Assembly: GCA_951406725.2 (NCBI GenBank) | Contig: OX597816.1 | Span: forward strand, 132,928,001-132,992,000 | Direction: 5' to 3' | Source: Octopus vulgaris | Taxonomy: Eukaryota | Length of the DNA stretch: 64,000 bases | Part shown: positions 41,779-55,458 of the stretch, piece after piece | Layout of the letters: each line of letters starts with the position of its first letter | How positions within the stretch are numbered: the stretch's first letter is position 1 | Notes under the pieces: model-generated | The model's database searches: none | What the model was told of the DNA's origin: nothing | The model's input: the letters and a program-made list of their open reading frames with translations, nothing else | Translations under genes and position numbers: made by a program

Positions 41779-44104
41779 TAATCAATGAATCTCTCTCAGT
41801 TCAGTTACAAATTATTCCCAATAGAATACCATTTTAACCATAGAAATATAACTATTTCCAATAAACTGAAGACTTAAAGGCTTCATTCCCATCATTTACT
41901 GAGAAGGGTTTAACTTTAGTTCTGTAAACAACCAAATTCCTCATTGGTTTCTATCTCAGTCATCAAGTCTTTGTTTCTTTATAATTTATCACCGGTTCCA
42001 TTGCCAGGAAAGTGTAAGTGTTGTTGGTAGAAGATAGCTCTGGTTAGCTTCACTCCAGTTATGTGGTATAGGCATAAAAAATTTCCTGAAGTATTTGATT
42101 TTCATTCCGTATCATTCTTATTTTGGGAATGTTATCCTACAATTTAGGATTTACAAAAGCAATCCTCATTTTACAGATTGTAGAGAGTATGTTGAAAGAG
42201 ATAAGCATGTTAAGTCAGTACATAGAAGGCGAATGGCCTAGTGGTTAGGTGTTGCACTCACAATTGCATCAAAGGACGATTGATTGATGATAAGAGGTTC
42301 CCTCAATTACATATGGAAATCTTTAGTGCAATTACAATAGCACAACTCATGGATTACAAACTAACAATCTTTTAGTCATTTGGTTGACAAGTTAACCACA
42401 AAGCCAATATTTTATATAAGGCTGACAACTTCACAAGCAAAGTTTCCTCAAAACTCCCAAAACAGATTTTTCAGTTTGAGAAGAAACAATTGAATGATCA
42501 GTCAGGTATGTGTATAGTTTCTTCACTCATTTGAAGCCCTCTCTCATAGTATCCTATGCTATGCTTCTGAGCTGATGCTTGCAGCAAAAAACGTCAACAA
42601 GGAGGAAATTTCAAATTGCTGATGCTAAGGTGCAAAGATATGGATAAAAAGCATTTAGAAAAAGGTTTACAATTAGGCAAAGTAAGGATGACAAGAGTCA
42701 GAGAAGGTTTGAATAAAAGTGCTACTCAGAAGATCAGAAGCTGTTGTAGTTTTGGAAAGTTCAAGACAAAGAGCATAAACTGCATGTCTATGAATCAGTT
42801 ATTATGGTGTTACAGGGAGTTAGTCTTTGATGACATTTTTTGTCGTTGATGTGATATAGGATGCTTTAGTGTTGAGAAGGGCATAAACAACCAAATATGG
42901 ATAAATTACTATAAGATATACACTAATATAATTTCATTGAAGTAAGTAAAGGTTCTGATAGTATATCAATAATAACTATTGAACCTCTCTTGTAAGCAAG
43001 GGTTTACTAATATGAATAGAGGGTAAAAAAACAAACAAACCTAATACTAATACATTTTAATACTGAAATAATTTTATTTTTGAAAGTGGATGCCACCTAC
43101 TAAATGCCAGTAACTCTGCTTCTCTTCTCAGTAAACTAGTTTAGGATTATTGTATTAAACTTAAAGCTTGTATGTGTGGTCAGCTGATTTTGTTTCTGTT
43201 GTCCATGATAAATGGTAGAAAGGTAAAGACACCTCTTTGATCATGAATGACCATGGGATGCACCTAGAAAATTACTCTCTGAGGCACAAGTCTGAGCAAG
43301 GTTGTTTATGGAAGACCAGCAGTCACCCATGCATACCAGCCTCCCCTCTCCACACCACTGATGTTGTCCAAGGAAAAGGCAAACACCAATACAGTTTGGC
43401 ACCAGTGATGTCGCAACTCATTTCTACAGCTGAGTGAACTGGAGCAACATGAAATAAAGTGTCTTGCTCAAGAACACAACACACAGCCTGGTCTGGGAAT
43501 TGAACTTACTACCTTATAATTGTGTACCCAGTGATCTAACCACCTAGCCATGTTGTCCATGATATTAATATAAAAATTCAGGCTCTTAATTACTTACAAG
43601 ATGATTAGTTGACTGATTGCTTGATTGATTATTCCTATAATTCCAAGAGAAATCAGTGAGTTGTTTATTTTTGGCGTGTTTTGCATAATAGCTAGTTCTT
43701 CATCAGGCATTAAAACAAATATCTATAGGGGCAGGAAGTAATCAATGAAATCACATCTGGCATTCTTTGGCACCAGAGAAGCGAAAAATGAAAGTGACCT
43801 TGGCAAGCTTTCAACTAAGAAGATACAGTGATGAAATGAAATACAGCAGGTTCGATGTTCTACCTTTCTCTGTTGACTCACTTTGCCTATTTTCTCAATA
43901 ATAATATGAATAAAGATATACTTTTGTTTTTACTATAGTTCATGGGAATATAACACCCACTAGTTATTTGATACCTCTAATGCTTATGGTGCTGAACTTG
44001 TCTTCCTGGGCAGACTAAGCCATAATGATATATCTTTTACTTATTTCAGTTGTTGGGCTGAGGCCTTGCTGGGGCACCACCTTGAAGACTTTTAGTCAAA
44101 CAAA

Positions 44105-44142
<38 letters not shown>

Positions 44143-44742
44143 CATATGCATTTGTATGTATATACAATCTAATATATATATAATGAATTTGTGTGTGTGT
44201 GTGTGTATTTATGTGTACATCCATGAGTGAATGTCTGTGAGTTTGTTGTTTGCATTTGCAGTCACATATGTTAAAGAGCACTGGGAAATGTTGCAGCCAG
44301 TTTCTGCTATCAACAAATTGTACAGACTCACAATGCTTTCAAAGTCATGTAGATTAGGTGATCCCTTACTTGAAAAACAGCTAACAGTTAGTATTACAAA
44401 GGGTTTCTTACTGGAAAACAATACCTCAAATAGCATATTCATTCATGAAATAAATAAATATTGCTAGTACCACAATAAAATATTCCCAGCAAATTCAATT
44501 AATTGTAGAGCTGGGAGGACTCCTTTCAACTGTGTATATGTATATATGTATATATATAACACCACAACAAAATGTATTCTGTAAAAGTAGTTGGTGTTAT
44601 GAAGATCATCTAGCCATAAAAAAAAAAAAGAAAAACTGAAGGCAATAATTAAACTTATGGTTGTGATGTTCTTTAATAAGCCTATCTACAGGAGCAGAAA
44701 TAACCAGTAAAATCTATGCCAGCATAGATAAATAAATAAATG

Positions 44743-44987
44743 CACCCTTTTAAAGCCTAGCCAGGCTCATGGACCCGGTTTCCTGGTTTCTATGGCATAT
44801 ATGTTCCCCAGCTGAATGGGACGTCAATCCATCATAGCATTATTAATTTTTGCCAGCTGAGTGGACTGGAGCAACGTGAAATGAAGTGTTTTGCTCAAGA
44901 ACACAACGTGCTGCCTGGTCCAGAAATTGAAACCACAATCTTACGATCATGATGCTGACACCCTAACCACTAAGCCATGTGCCTCCA
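44743..44987 (-). mobile_element. tRNA-derived SINE, family C
   Basis: Reverse complement begins gtggaggcacatggcttagtggttagggtgtcagc. Confidence 0.75.
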
Positions 44988-46415
44988 CACCAGCATAGAT
45001 AGTGAATGTAAAATGACAAAGTATGATGATGACAATGATGACTGCCTTCCTTAAATGTAAGTTAGGTCCTCATTAACTCAAGAAATGTGTGACTTTCGCA
45101 AAGGTCTTCCAAAACGATAAAGCAGCAAAGCACTATTTGAGGGATTCAAATGAGTAACTAATAATACATTTGATTCTCTCAAAGTATGGCCAATCAAAAT
45201 TAATGTTTTTAGACTTTAACTTTGATTGAATGTGTATCAGTTGAGAAAGTCTACAATCTGGCAATTAACCATCAATTATTTATTCTTTGTACAGAATAAA
45301 CTCCAGTATGTCTTGTGTAAAACCACACAGCAATAACTAATAGCAGGCTTTGAACTTGTAACATTTTTTTTTTGTTTTTGTATTTTAACCATGGAACTAC
45401 CATCTTCAAAATATATGTTAACATTGAAGTAAGAAAATCAAATACAGCACAATCAGTAAAATGATGATGATGACAGCAATGATGATGTTGATGTTGCTGC
45501 TGCTGCTGCTGCTGATGATGATGATGATGTGAAGGAGGTGGAGAATGGTGATAATGATGAAAATGATAATGACGATGACAAGGATGATGATGATGATAAT
45601 GATGATGATGTTGATGATGATGATAACGATGATGACGACAATAATGAAAATGATGATGTTGATGATGATAATGATGACAACAACTGACAATGATGACAAT
45701 GACGACGAGGACAACGATGATGATGGTGGTGGTGATAGCAATGATAGTGGTGATGGTGATGGTGATGATGATGACATCTGTGGTTATGATGGTGATATCA
45801 ACAACAAATGAAAAAAGATACATAATTCATAGAGGATAAATAGCTATGGCTTTGTGATGTTGTTGTTGAAGATGATGAGAAGAACCAGTAGTAGTAGTAT
45901 TAGTAATAGTAGTAGTGAAAGAAGGAGGAAGACATTACGTGTCAAAGTTTTATTGCTACTAGATGAAGAGATAGCTACAACATATGGCTGCAAGCCAACC
46001 ATACAGTTCAATAGATTATATAAAAATACATGCTTCTTGTCCTGGTGTTCAATAGTCTGTCTGTATTTGGTCCACTGTTTCATGGACAGTGTTATTACTG
46101 ATGGTATCCATCTCTGATTGACAAGTTGTTGACTACCAATAGAGTAGCATCTTAGTTATGTAACACAAAAATGTCCTTAGCTATTCTCTAGTCTTTTGGT
46201 CCTGAGTTTTAATACTTTCTTTTCTTCTGGCCCTCTTTTATTGGTTCCACTCATTGAACTGCATGGCCACGCTAGAAAAACAAATTCCAAGGTTATGACT
46301 GATCATATCCAGCCTGGTACTTATTTTATCAAATCTGTTTGTTGAACTACTGAATTGCAAGTCATAAACAACAACACAAACCTTTTGACTTTTTTTGTGT
46401 GCTCAATATTTACAA

Positions 46416-46576
46416 GTGCATGAATGGTTGCGCGGTAAAAAGCTTGCTTCCCAACCACATGGTTCCAGGCTCAGTCTCACTCTGTGGCACCTTGGGCAAG
46501 TGTTTTCTACTATAGCCTTGGGCTGACCAAAGCCTTGTGAGGGGATTTAGCAGGTGGAAACTGAAAGAAGCTCATC

Positions 46577-46611
<35 letters not shown>

Positions 46612-46825
46612 TGTATTTGTGTGTCTGTGTTTGTCCCACCACCATTGCTTGACAACCAATGTCGGTGTGTTTATGTCCCATATAACTTAGTGGTTTGGCA
46701 AAAGATACTGATAGAATAAGTACCAGGCTTACAAAGAATAAATCCTGGGGTCAATTTATTTGACTAAAAGGTGGTGTTCCAGCATGGCCACAGTCAAATG
46801 ACTGAAACAATTAAAAGAGTAAAAG
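46416..46825 (+). mobile_element. SINE family A
   Basis: Same head, ccttgggcaagtg core, internal (TA)n and gtaaaag tail as the other family A copies. Confidence 0.8.
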
Positions 46826-47176
46826 CATTTACTATTTATTTATAGTGTTATCTGCTTCAAGTTAAATTGTTCCAAAAAAAGAATATATATAAATGTGTGT
46901 GTGTATATAAAAAAAAACACGATTTTTTCGTGGCCGTTGCCAGTACTGCCTGACTGGCCCTCATGCTAGTGGCATGTAAAAGCCCCCACTACAGTCTCGG
47001 AGTGGTTGGCATTAGGAAGGGCGTCCAGCTGTAGAAATTCTGCTAGATCAAGATTGGATCCTGGTGCAGCCATCTGGTTCACCAGTCCTCAGTCAAATCA
47101 TCCAACACATGCTAGCATGGAAAGCGGATGTTAAACAATGATGATGAGGGCACAATACATGTATTTAAGCATTGCT

Positions 47177-47220
47177 GATAGTTTCATATGTCGAGAGTTG
47201 CTCAAATATTCTTCAGGTGA
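47177..47220 (-). ncRNA. Degenerate hammerhead motif in the 3' pLTR of the Penelope-like element
   Basis: Reverse complement: tcac CTGAAGA ATAT...ATAT GAAA cta TC, about 250 nt downstream of the GIY-YIG stop; stems I and III decayed. Confidence 0.45.
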
Positions 47221-47468
47221 AAACAACATATCATAACGAACTAAAAAAATCTAATAATAGAAGAAACAAAAAAAAAAACTGAGAAAGCTGCATACAGAAA
47301 ACCCAGAAAGTAAAAAAACAGAAGACGAAAAATACAAAATTGAAAACAAACACACAAAAACTAAAATGTAAAACATAAAGATTAAAAAAGGTAAAAGAGC
47401 TATCCTCCTTAGACCTTACATGATAAGGCTGGAAAGAATTCAAGTTAGTTAAGAATGGGCAGAATCGT

Positions 47469-48255
47469 TCAATTCTTCAAAATATATTTATACATATGCA
47501 TGCAACCACTGAAAATTTCTGACCTGGAGTTCATTAGATAGTTAGGGATCTTAGATTTGAATTGGGTCTGTGCTCTTTCAGCTAAACAAAACCTACATTT
47601 ATTCTGTCCATTCACATTAGGTATGGATTTCTCAATTACTTTCCATTTTATCACATGTGGTGTTTCATTATCTTTCAAATTCCATAAATAGCTAGCCAAC
47701 TTAGTAGCTTTACTTATATCTCTATGTCCGAAGGAGGCTATGTGATTGGCATAGCAATTTTTAAATTCACTTTCGCATAATCCAATATAGGTCTTCTTAT
47801 CAGCTGTATTGTTATTTAGGGTTTCAATAACTTCTGCCTCATATATGATAGATTTAATCATACATCATTGGTCAAGTGGATTGTGACAGTTGCAATTGGA
47901 TTTAGGATTTTGGTATTGACCATGTGTAATGATACTCTTCATAATGGGGCAGCAGCTATATGATAATTTCACAGAATGCCTATTAAATACTTTCCTCTAT
48001 CTGTGAGTTGCTGGAAAGTGTTTGTCAAGGAAAGACAGGAATCTTTTACCTATGTTAGTTTTTATACACAGGGAAAAGGAAGGGGCAAACCAAATACTTT
48101 TCCTTGGCCTATTTTTAGGTTTCTTATTATCATTCTTATTAGTACTAGAGGGATTATGTATTACTTTATCTTTGATGCCACTAGGTCTATAATTAATATT
48201 TTGATTATTATTAGAGGGATTATATATTAATTTATCTTTGAAGCCACCAGATGGA
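47469..48255 (-). mobile_element. Penelope-like retroelement fragment (RT thumb, Cys linker, GIY-YIG endonuclease), probably Naiad clade; pseudogenised
   Basis: One continuous frame: RPRKSIWFAPSFS..KTNIGKRFL..LDKHFP...*RKVFNRHSVKLSYSC...CNCHNPLDQ*CMIKSIIY...TYIGLCE..FK..H...CRFC..ER..MNSRSE..CMH, with two in-frame stops. Confidence 0.88.
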
Positions 48256-48380
48256 GTACTTGTTTTGTTGTATTTGCATTCAAGGGACAGTACATTGTGT
48301 GTGTGTGTGTGTGTGCGTGTATTGTCTGTAAAAACACAAATCCAAAAGAAGCACACTCTAAGATATAGAGCAGTATATAT

Positions 48381-48609
48381 TAAAAATGGGGAAGGCTGGT
48401 TTATGGGATTTCCTTAGGTTTCCCCTTCATAAAAGGTTTAGCTTTATGGCATATTGTCAGATCCCAAAACCTGATGGTCTAAGGCCTCTTAAGAATATGC
48501 TTAAGTGGTCATGAACCAACAGGTTTTGGGATTTGACTATATACCATAAAGCTAAACCTTTTATGAAGGGGAAACCTAAGGTAATCCCATAAACCAGCTG
48601 TCCCCATTT

Positions 48610-48611
<2 letters not shown>
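48381..48611. repeat. Inverted repeat, about 98-bp arms and 35-bp spacer
   Basis: aaaatgggg...gctggtttatgggat...cccaaaacctg / caggttttggg...atcccataaaccagc...ccccatttta. Confidence 0.9.
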
Positions 48612-48688
<77 letters not shown>

Positions 48689-48858
48689 TGTATGTATGAA
48701 TGTATGTATACATATATGTGTGTGTGTATGTGTGTGAGTGTGTAGATGTATATATAGATAATTGTATACATGTATATGTATGTATATATATATATGTGTA
48801 TATCTATGTATATATATATATATATACATACATATATTTATATATATATATGTATATG

Positions 48859-48889
<31 letters not shown>

Positions 48890-48893
48890 CATC

Positions 48894-48949
<56 letters not shown>

Positions 48950-51900
48950 AATGAAAAGAGAAATATATATACAGATATGAGTATATGTACATATACGTAT
49001 ATACCACTCAGTTCCAAATAGCTTATGTCTAACAAATTTCACTTACAAGGCATTTGTTGACCTGAAGTTCCATTGTAGAAGACATCTATTCAAGATGCTG
49101 CATGGTTGTGAAGCAAATTTCCTCACCATACAATAATGCCTGTTTCAATTAATTGTCTAAGTAATCAAGAATTTGAAGGAGTTTTTTATTTTTTTTTTAT
49201 TTTGTAAAATAACTAATTTTATATTCATTAAAGATCATTCAACTGATTAAGTAGTAAAGATTCAATCATCAGCATCTTACAATTATTGGCTTACATAATC
49301 ATAGTTTTCTCTCCATATCTTTTCTACTATTACTTTTACCACTCCTCTGAATGAGCTAGCTATTTATATATTTAGATATGTATATAATCTGGTGATGTAT
49401 TGACAAAAATAGCGTTAACTTGTCTAATGTCGTTCAACTTTTCTTAGCTGATCAATGAACTGATTGAGTAAGCAGGTTGATGAATGAACCTATAATGACT
49501 ATTGGAAACAGATGTAAGCCAAATTTTCAAAAATAAAGGAATATATAAAGACCATTATTTATACCTTGATCAAGCTGACTTTTGATTGAAAGATTTCTAG
49601 TTGTATCTATCTCATCTGTTGAATATCTATTACTAGATTACTGTATCTTTTTCAACGATAACAGTGGAATTTGGGGGATATTTGACTTCTATTTCAACAA
49701 GACTCATTGACTATATAGAAACTTCCTCTTTGGTATATAAAATGAATTCTGGAATACTATTGAGTAAACAAAAAAAGTTCTTATATGATGGACATTTTTA
49801 ACTGCAAAGATGGTAAGGAATTTCATCTATCAAACACAGTCAGTTATCACTTGAATGTGACTCTGGCTTGCTAGCATGTACCATGCTTTTGCTAATTGTT
49901 CTAGGTACCTACATAGTTGCATGTAGATATAGACATCCTTTCTTCCTTGTCTTAATGGAACATCTAGGATGTGACAGATGGAGGAAAGCACCTGATAGTA
50001 CATATATAGTAGGAATATTCAGCAATCAGATCACTGCACCTGATGTTGCGATTTGCTAGAATGTTATTCATGTGATAAAAAAATCTAACCAATCACAACT
50101 TCACCTAAACACACAGATACACACACATGCACTAACACACACACATGCACTAACACACACACATGCACTAACACACACACATGCACACATATATATTTGA
50201 TGAACTTCTTTGAATTTCCATCTACCACTTCTACTCACAAAACTTTGATAGGTTCAGGGCCTTCAGGTGCCATGAAGTGAAACTGAACCAGAAACCAAAT
50301 GATCAGGAAGCAAGTTTCATAACTGCACAGCCATGACTGCCTTGCTCAGAGGCACACACACATGCTGCATGCTTCATAAATTGAAACCATGCCCTTATGA
50401 TCATGAGCCTCATACCCGAGTCATTAGGCCACATACCTTCACCAGCATTCTTATTGGTTACATTGCACTAAGGGGACATCACAGGACTTGGGTTTCAGGT
50501 TTTGGGTTGGTTACTATTAAAACTTTAGGAAGTTATGTTGTAATCAAGGCTGTTGTATGTAATATTTGATTCAAATTTGGGCATAAGTCCAACAATTGTA
50601 AGGACATGAGGTTAGTTGATTATATTAGTTCCAATACTTGACTAGTACTTTTTATTTTATTGACCCTGAAGCAATGAAAGGCAAGTTGAGGTATGTGGCT
50701 TAATGTTTCGAGTGTTGGACTCATGATCATAAGATTGTGGTTTTGATTCCTGGACTGGGTGATACATTGTGTTCTTAAGCAAAACACTTCATTTCATGTT
50801 ATTCCAATCTGCTCAGCTGGCAAAATTGAATCATCCTGCCACAGACTGGCATCCCATCCAGGTGGATAACATATTCACCATGAAACTGGGAAACTAACCC
50901 TTATGAGTCAGTTATGACTCAAGAAAGAAACTTTACCTTAATGAAAGGTAAAGCTGGCTTCAGTGTGATTTGTATTCAAAATATAAAGAGCTGGAACAAA
51001 ATATCACAAAGCATTTTCTCTAATGCTCTAATCATTCTGTTAGCTCACTGCCTCGTGTTGCATGTAATATTGATTTCTTTTGAATTGGCATAAAACCAAA
51101 TATTTGTAAGAGAGATGGGTAAACAATAATTAAATGAATTGACTCAAGCATTTTGTATGTGTATATCTCAGAAACTCTGTACTCACACTCTCCTTTTCGC
51201 ACACACACACATACACTCACACACACATATATACACATATGTATGTGCATATATATGGATATGTATGTATACACAAACGCACGCATATACTATCACATAC
51301 ACATACACAAACACACATATACAAACTATATATATTCTACTCCTTTACTCACTTCAGTCACTTGCATGTGGCCATGTAGAAGTACAACCAATATAAACAT
51401 ATACACAATGAGACAACATTCCATATGGTCACATATCATGCTAGAAATGACAACCAGATTTCCTGATTACTCTCTACTGTGTTAATGTATATTGTACTTC
51501 TGAGTATACAATAAGACAAGGATTGAGTAATTATCTCACAGACTTTGGTCCCTTTTCTTTTATATTATTCTTTATCAATTATGTTAATCATGGTTTCTGC
51601 AGAGAGAGGATAAAAATCTTGGTTCTCTTACTTTTCTTTTGTTTCTTCTCATTCTATTCTTTGCATTGACCTTCTTCACATTTATTTCTATTTGTTTTTT
51701 CTTTTGTCTTTTTTTTCATGTTTTCTCATAACCCTGCATCCTGGTTTTTAAATACATCTAACAATTTGAACTGAACCTGAATGATTACTTGGAGATACAT
51801 AGCATGTCATATAAATATGCCAATTTAATATATCATAAAGCATGAAACTATTAGTAGCTCTTTTGTAATTTGTATATATATGGGTGTAGGCATGGGTGTG

Positions 51901-52043
51901 TGATAAGAAGCTTGCTTCCCAACCACATAGTTCCAGGTTCAGTCACACCATGTGGCACCTTGGGCTAATGTCTTCTATTATAGCCTCAGGCTGACCAAAG
52001 CTCTGCGAGTGAATTTGGTAGATGGAAACTGAAAGAAGCCTGT

Positions 52044-52131
<88 letters not shown>

Positions 52132-52193
52132 AATTTTTTGTGTAATGAGGTAAAAAACCAAGGCTGTGTAGATATTAGAACATTTATAGATAG

Positions 52194-52245
52194 GTCTTAC
52201 AGCTGTTTCCAGAATATTTATTAATTATGTCCCTTCATCGGAGAC
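52194..52245 (-). ncRNA. Minimal type I hammerhead motif with palindromic stem III, in a pLTR-like fragment (about 52130-52575)
   Basis: Reverse complement: gtct CCGATGA agggacat...atattctg GAAA CAGCTG TA agac; stem I gtct/agac; core U4 reads C. Confidence 0.65.
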
Positions 52246-52574
52246 AGTGTGATAGGATGGTTAAGTAATAGTTAATTTGGATAGGATACAAAATAGAGAG
52301 TGAGGTGGAAGAAAGAAAATAGATGTGAGATATGTAAGGATATTAAATTTGTAGATCCTTTTTTTAGGCAGAATGGTATATATGTAAGATGCCAATGCCT
52401 AATGAGTAAAATCTAACAGTATTTAAAATTGGCCATTCTAAGTGTAGAGTTTATACACAATGTAAGATTCCAATACCTTATGAGTAAGATCCAACAGTAT
52501 TTAAAATTGGTCATTCCAAGTACAAAATTTATAAATTTATAAATGTATAAGTTCTGTACTTGGAATGACCAATT

Positions 52575-52815
52575 GTAAATACTGCAAGAGAAGGAGTTTG
52601 AAAATTAAACCAATGCTGAAAGTGCATTCAAAGAGTTCATCAGCTCCAGAACTCCAGATTTTTATGTTACCAGAATAAACTAACTTGTAACTCATTGGCA
52701 AAAATGTGTTGATTGTAATGGTACTTACTTTGATGAATAAAATTTCCCCATTGTTGGAATATATTGTGATGAATTTCATATTTCTAAACATTGCTTACTT
52801 TTTACTCAGCCTCAA
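52575..52815 (+). mobile_element. mariner 3'-end fragment
   Basis: Sequence corresponding to FY..RI..LVTHWQKCVDCNGTYFDE*. Confidence 0.65.
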
Positions 52816-52907
52816 ACATACATGCACACTTAGATACATATATATATATATAAATATATATATATGTAACAAGTAATAAAAAGGTATGTATATATATATA
52901 TATATAA

Positions 52908-54326
52908 GTCCTCCAGGCAATAACAGAGGCATTTAAGACAGGCTATCCCTGGATCTTCTTTATGCTGATGACCTTGTTCTTATAGCTGACTGAATCACTA
53001 CAAGAACTAGAGAAGTTTCAGATGTAGAAGCAAATTCTAAAATTGAAGGGCCTTAGAGTTAACCTAGCAAAAACCTAAGTCTTTATAAGTAGGATAGGAG
53101 ACAAATCACAAATCCCCTCAGGTAGAAGGCCCTGCTCAGTCTGTAGGAAAGAGATAGGTAGAAATTCCATAAGACGTACCTGGTGTAAACTATAGATACA
53201 TAGGTGCAGCAATATCAGAGGAAGGCTAACAGGGAAACAGGTACAATTAACATTTAAAATGCACAGAAAATAGACTCCATGAAATGCCAGAGGAGAAAAC
53301 CAGAAGTAGTTGATGGCTTCCACTATCAAGGTGATCAAGTCAGTAGTGGGAACGTATGCTCCAAGAGTGTAGCTGCTAGAATAAGAATAGGTTGGGAAAA
53401 ATTCAGAGAGTTCCTATCTCTGTTGGTAACAACAGGGCCTCTCCCTCAGAGTGAAAGGCAGATTGTATGCCTGTATGCAAACAGCCATGCTACGTGGCAG
53501 TGAGACATGTACTGCCAAAGACAGGTATAGGCTTGAAAGAAATGAAGCTAGTATGCTTTGCTGGATGTGCAATGTCAGTGTGCATGTATGACAGACTGTA
53601 AACGTTTTGAGAAAATGGTTGGGCACAAGAGGTATCAGATGTGGTGTGCAAGAAAGACAACTGCATAGGTATGGTCCTGTGATGCATATGATTGTGGGCA
53701 GCTGTGTGAAGAAGAACTGATCTTTACCAGTGGAAGAGGGAGATCTAGGAAGACATAGGATGAGGTGGTGAAGTATGGTCTTTGAACATTGGGCTTCATG
53801 GAGGCAATGACTAGTGACCAAGACCTTTGGTGATATGCTGTACTTGAGAAGACGCAGCAAGCCAAGTAAAATCATAGTTGTGGTCATTGTTGATGTCACA
53901 TAGCTGGCACCCATGTTGGTGGTAGATAGAAAGCATGAGCGTTGGGCCTCACAGATGCAATGTGACTGTTGCAGGTGTCATGGACCTAGCACTTGTGCTG
54001 ATAGCATGTAAAAAGCAGCTTTTGAGCACTTTGCCACATAGAGGCAATGACAAATGATGGAGAAGTTTCACAATATGCTGTGCTTGAGAATGACCCATCA
54101 AACCAACTGAGATTATTGTTGTGGCATCTACTGCTGTCATGCAACTAGCACCCATGCCAGTGGCATGTAAAAGTGCCCATTACACTCTTGGAGTGGTTGG
54201 TGTTTGAAAGGGCATCCAGCCAGAGTAACCATGCCAAATCAGACTGGAGTCTGGTGCAGCCTCTCAGCTTACCATCCCTGATCAAATAGTCCACCCATGC
54301 TAGCATGGACAATGGACACTAAATGA

Positions 54327-54330
<4 letters not shown>
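52908..54330 (+). mobile_element. Decayed 5'-truncated RTE LINE copy
   Basis: Homologous to 12097-13508 (LLYADDL, FHYQG, RIRIGWEKFRE); ends ggacactaaatgatgat. Confidence 0.85.
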
Positions 54331-54375
<45 letters not shown>

Positions 54376-54623
54376 CATATACATATGTATACATATATAT
54401 ATATATACATACACACATATATATATATGCTCTTCCCCCACCACTTGACAACTGGTGCTAGTTTGTTCATGTCCCTGTGACATAGCAGTTCAGCCTAGGA
54501 GATCAGTGGAATAAGTACCAGGCTTAAAAGAAATATGTCCTGGGGTCAATTTGTTTGAATAAAACCCTTCAAGGTAGTGCCCCAGCATGGCTGCAGTCTA
54601 ATGACTGAAACAAGTAAAAGATA

Positions 54624-54654
<31 letters not shown>

Positions 54655-54656
<2 letters not shown>

Positions 54657-54825
54657 CGCAGGAGTGGCTGTGTGGTAAGTATTTTGCTTACCAACCACAT
54701 GGTTCCGGGTTCAGTCCCACTGCGTGGCATCTTGGGCAAGTGTCTTCTGCTATAGCCTCGGGCCGACCAATGCCTTGTGAGTAGATTTGGTAGACGGAAA
54801 CTGAAAGAAGCCTGTCGAATATATG

Positions 54826-54858
<33 letters not shown>

Positions 54859-54983
54859 ATATGTTTGTGTGTCTGTGTTTGTCCCCCCACCATCGCTTGA
54901 CAAACGATGCTGGTGTATTTACATCCCCGTCACTTAGCGGTTCGGCAAAAAGAGATCGATAGAATAAGTACTGGGCTTACAAA
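54655..54983 (+). mobile_element. SINE family A (3'-truncated, young)
   Basis: Complete head ggcgcaggagtggctgtgtggtaag...ggttccgggttcagtccc. Confidence 0.8.
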
Positions 54984-55458
54984 GGCCATTACTATAACCT
55001 AGAGCATATCTTGGTCTATCATTAAAGCCAGAAGGCCTTACCAGGCTGGTTGCACTGTATGCAATTTGTGCAGTAGGGACTCCCAAGAAATATTATGCAA
55101 GAATAAGTATGTTCTTAATAAACAGTGTGATGTAATCATGTTCTACCAGCATAGATTCTTTTAAAACATTTTCTTTTTGTCATAGAGCAACCTACTTAAA
55201 TCAACTCAGGTTAAGTATAAACTTTTTTTTTTATTTGACCTTCTCATCCTGGTTCTCACATATTTCTCTCATACTTGTTTACATTTAACTATATTGCTTA
55301 GTCAGAATTATGACCTGCCATACAGTAAATGAAACTTTGATATCTTTCATACTTTATTTTCAAACTTGTAATAATGTTTTCTTTTGTAGTTCTTCCTTAC
55401 ATATTTATATTTTTATCTACATTCATATTTTTCTAACAACCCCATTATTATTTACACA

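Noticed and set aside
47865-47867. In-frame TGA in the Cys linker of the Naiad-like ORF as selenocysteine
   Set aside because: It lies one codon before the conserved Cys rather than at it, and the same frame also has a TAG at 47997-47999; mutational decay (for example CGA to TGA) is simpler.
48540-48610. Hammerhead within the 98-bp inverted arms
   Set aside because: Both arms read tttatga and cataaa instead of CTGATGA and GAAA.
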